DNA from: Alphaproteobacteria bacterium | GTDB lineage: Bacteria > Pseudomonadota > Alphaproteobacteria > UBA8366 > GCA-2717185 | Reading direction: 5' to 3' | Assembly: GCA_021774385.1 (NCBI GenBank) | Contig: JAJFJC010000025.1 | Coordinates: 1 to 53,590, forward strand | Length of the DNA stretch: 53,590 nt | Shown: positions 52,565 to 53,590 of the stretch, piece after piece | Layout: every line of letters starts with the position of its first letter | Position numbering within the stretch: the first letter of the stretch is position 1 | The notes under the pieces: generated by a model | Seen by the model: only the letters and a program-made list of their open reading frames with translations | The model's database searches: none | What the model was told of the DNA's origin: nothing | Translations under genes and position numbers: made by a program

Positions 52565-53455
52565 TTAGCCATCAAGGATCGTCCGCAATTTGCGTCCCAA
52601 CTCTTTGGAAGTGAAAGGCTTCGCCAGCAATTCCACGCCAGGGTCGAGACGGCCTTGGTGGACGATGGCATTCTGGGTATATCCCGACATATAGAGAATT
52701 TTTAAACCGGGCTTATGCTCCAAGGCCGTCTTGGCCAGGGCGGGGCCGGACATTCCGCCTGGCAAGACCACATCGGTTAGCACTAGGTCTATCCGAGGCG
52801 CGGCCGCCAGGGCCTGCAGAGCTTCCTCTCCGGTCGCCGCGACGATCGCGGCAAAGCCCAAATTCGCCAGCATGGCGGCAACGAGCTCTCGCAAGTCAGG
52901 ATCGTCCTCGACCGCCAGAATTGTCTCCCCTGGCGTCGCTCCTAGCGTTGTTGCGGTCGTGGCCGGCGCGAGCGTAGCGGTCGCCGCCCGCGAACGTGGC
53001 AGGTAGAGGCGAAATGTCGTGCCCTCACCCAATTCACTGTAAACCGAAACATGGCCACCCGATTGCTTGACGAAACCGAACACCATGCTGAGGCCCAGAC
53101 CAGTACCCCTTCCACTCTCCTTGGTCGTGAAAAAGGGTTCGAAGATTTTCTCCTTAACCTCCGGCTCTATGCCGATGCCACTGTCGCTAACCGCCAGCAG
53201 GACGTATTCGCCAGCCGTTACCTCTTGATGTTTGGCCGCGTAGGTCTCGTCGATTTTGGTATTGGATGCCTCGATGGTCAGACGCCCGCCATCGGGCATG
53301 GCATCGCGGGCATTGATGGCCAAGTTCAGCACGGCCTGTTCCAATTGCCCGGGGTCGACTACGCACAGCCACAAGCTGTCTTCTATGTCGAACTCGACTT
53401 CGATATCTTCGCCCAAGGAGCGTCGCAACATATCGTCCATGCCGGTAAGTAATGA
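52565..53455 (-). pseudogene. Hybrid sensor histidine kinase/response regulator, 5'-truncated (HATPase_c + REC only; no HisKA or sensor domain)
   Basis: N-box (NLAINARDAM), G1 (DSGIGI), F (FEPFFTTK) and G2 (GTGLGLS) boxes, then REC (ILAVEDDPDLRE ... DLVLTDVVLPG ... KPF). No H-box. Upstream of about 53455 the reverse frame reads antisense through IS sequence. The junction coordinate is approximate. Confidence 0.7.
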
Positions 53456-53590
53456 CCCAGGGTGTGTAAAAACGTTGAGTTCTCTATGATTCTTCCAGGC
53501 GTGTTGGGAGGCTCGGATGAAGCGTTTTATCGAGGGCGCGGACCGCACTCAAAGCAGCTTGTTTCCGGAGTGCCTGGAAGATTGGATCGG
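53456..53590 (+). mobile_element. Left end of an IS element (IS5/IS1182-type), continues off the window
   Basis: Contains the transposase start at 53517. The left terminal repeat must lie somewhere in 53456-53516, but I cannot define it without the other end. Confidence 0.65.
53517..53590 (+). CDS. Transposase, N-terminal 24 codons (IS5/IS1182 family, DUF772-type N-terminus)
   Basis: ATG at 53517 gives MKRFIEGADRTQSSLFPECLEDWI. This matches the highly stereotyped M(K/G)RFIEGxDRxQxxL(F/L)PExLDD(Y/W)I N-terminus of this transposase group. Confidence 0.7.
   Translation, partial: MKRFIEGADRTQSSLFPECLEDWI

Noticed and set aside
1-53590. Defence islands, toxin-antitoxin pairs, prophage or integrative-element genes, tRNA or rRNA genes.
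   Set aside because: - I recognised no nuclease, methylase, ATPase, integrase, capsid or toxin-like signatures and no tRNA-like sequences.
- The only mobile-DNA signal is the IS end at the right edge.

Overview
GC-rich bacterial chromosomal segment, probably alphaproteobacterial (inference from a FixK-type box, a SAM-II-like leader before metZ, and gene content). All family assignments come from motifs read by eye; no searches were run.

**Layout, left to right**
- 1-10516: the 5' part of one giant minus-strand gene, an RTX/FG-GAP repeat, adhesin-like type I secretion substrate. The ORF track misses it because it has no stop codon inside the window. A TolC-family gene lies directly upstream.
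- SCO copper chaperone and an M20 hydrolase.
- About 14.3-19.9 kb: a visibly lower-GC insert. It carries an operon of pentaheme cytochrome c, outer-membrane beta-barrel and tetraheme cytochrome c, behind a perfect FNR/FixK box, plus a hemerythrin gene. Homologous alpha/beta-hydrolase 3' ends flank it on both sides.
- A run of ordinary transport, redox and detoxification genes.
- 33.5-43.2 kb: a mostly minus-strand catabolic cluster. It contains a GrdB-family selenoprotein gene that the track splits into two ORFs at an in-frame TGA. A SECIS-like hairpin follows that TGA.
- ECF sigma/anti-sigma pair, then a flavoprotein disulfide reductase plus a YeeE/YedE permease.
- A SAM-II-like leader before metZ, and two tandem Lin0512-family paralogs.
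- A hybrid histidine kinase truncated by an IS element whose transposase N-terminus sits at the right edge.

**Most interesting candidates**
- The small porin-cytochrome triad.
- The orphan GrdB-like selenoprotein.

I saw no rRNA, tRNA, CRISPR, prophage or recognisable defence genes.
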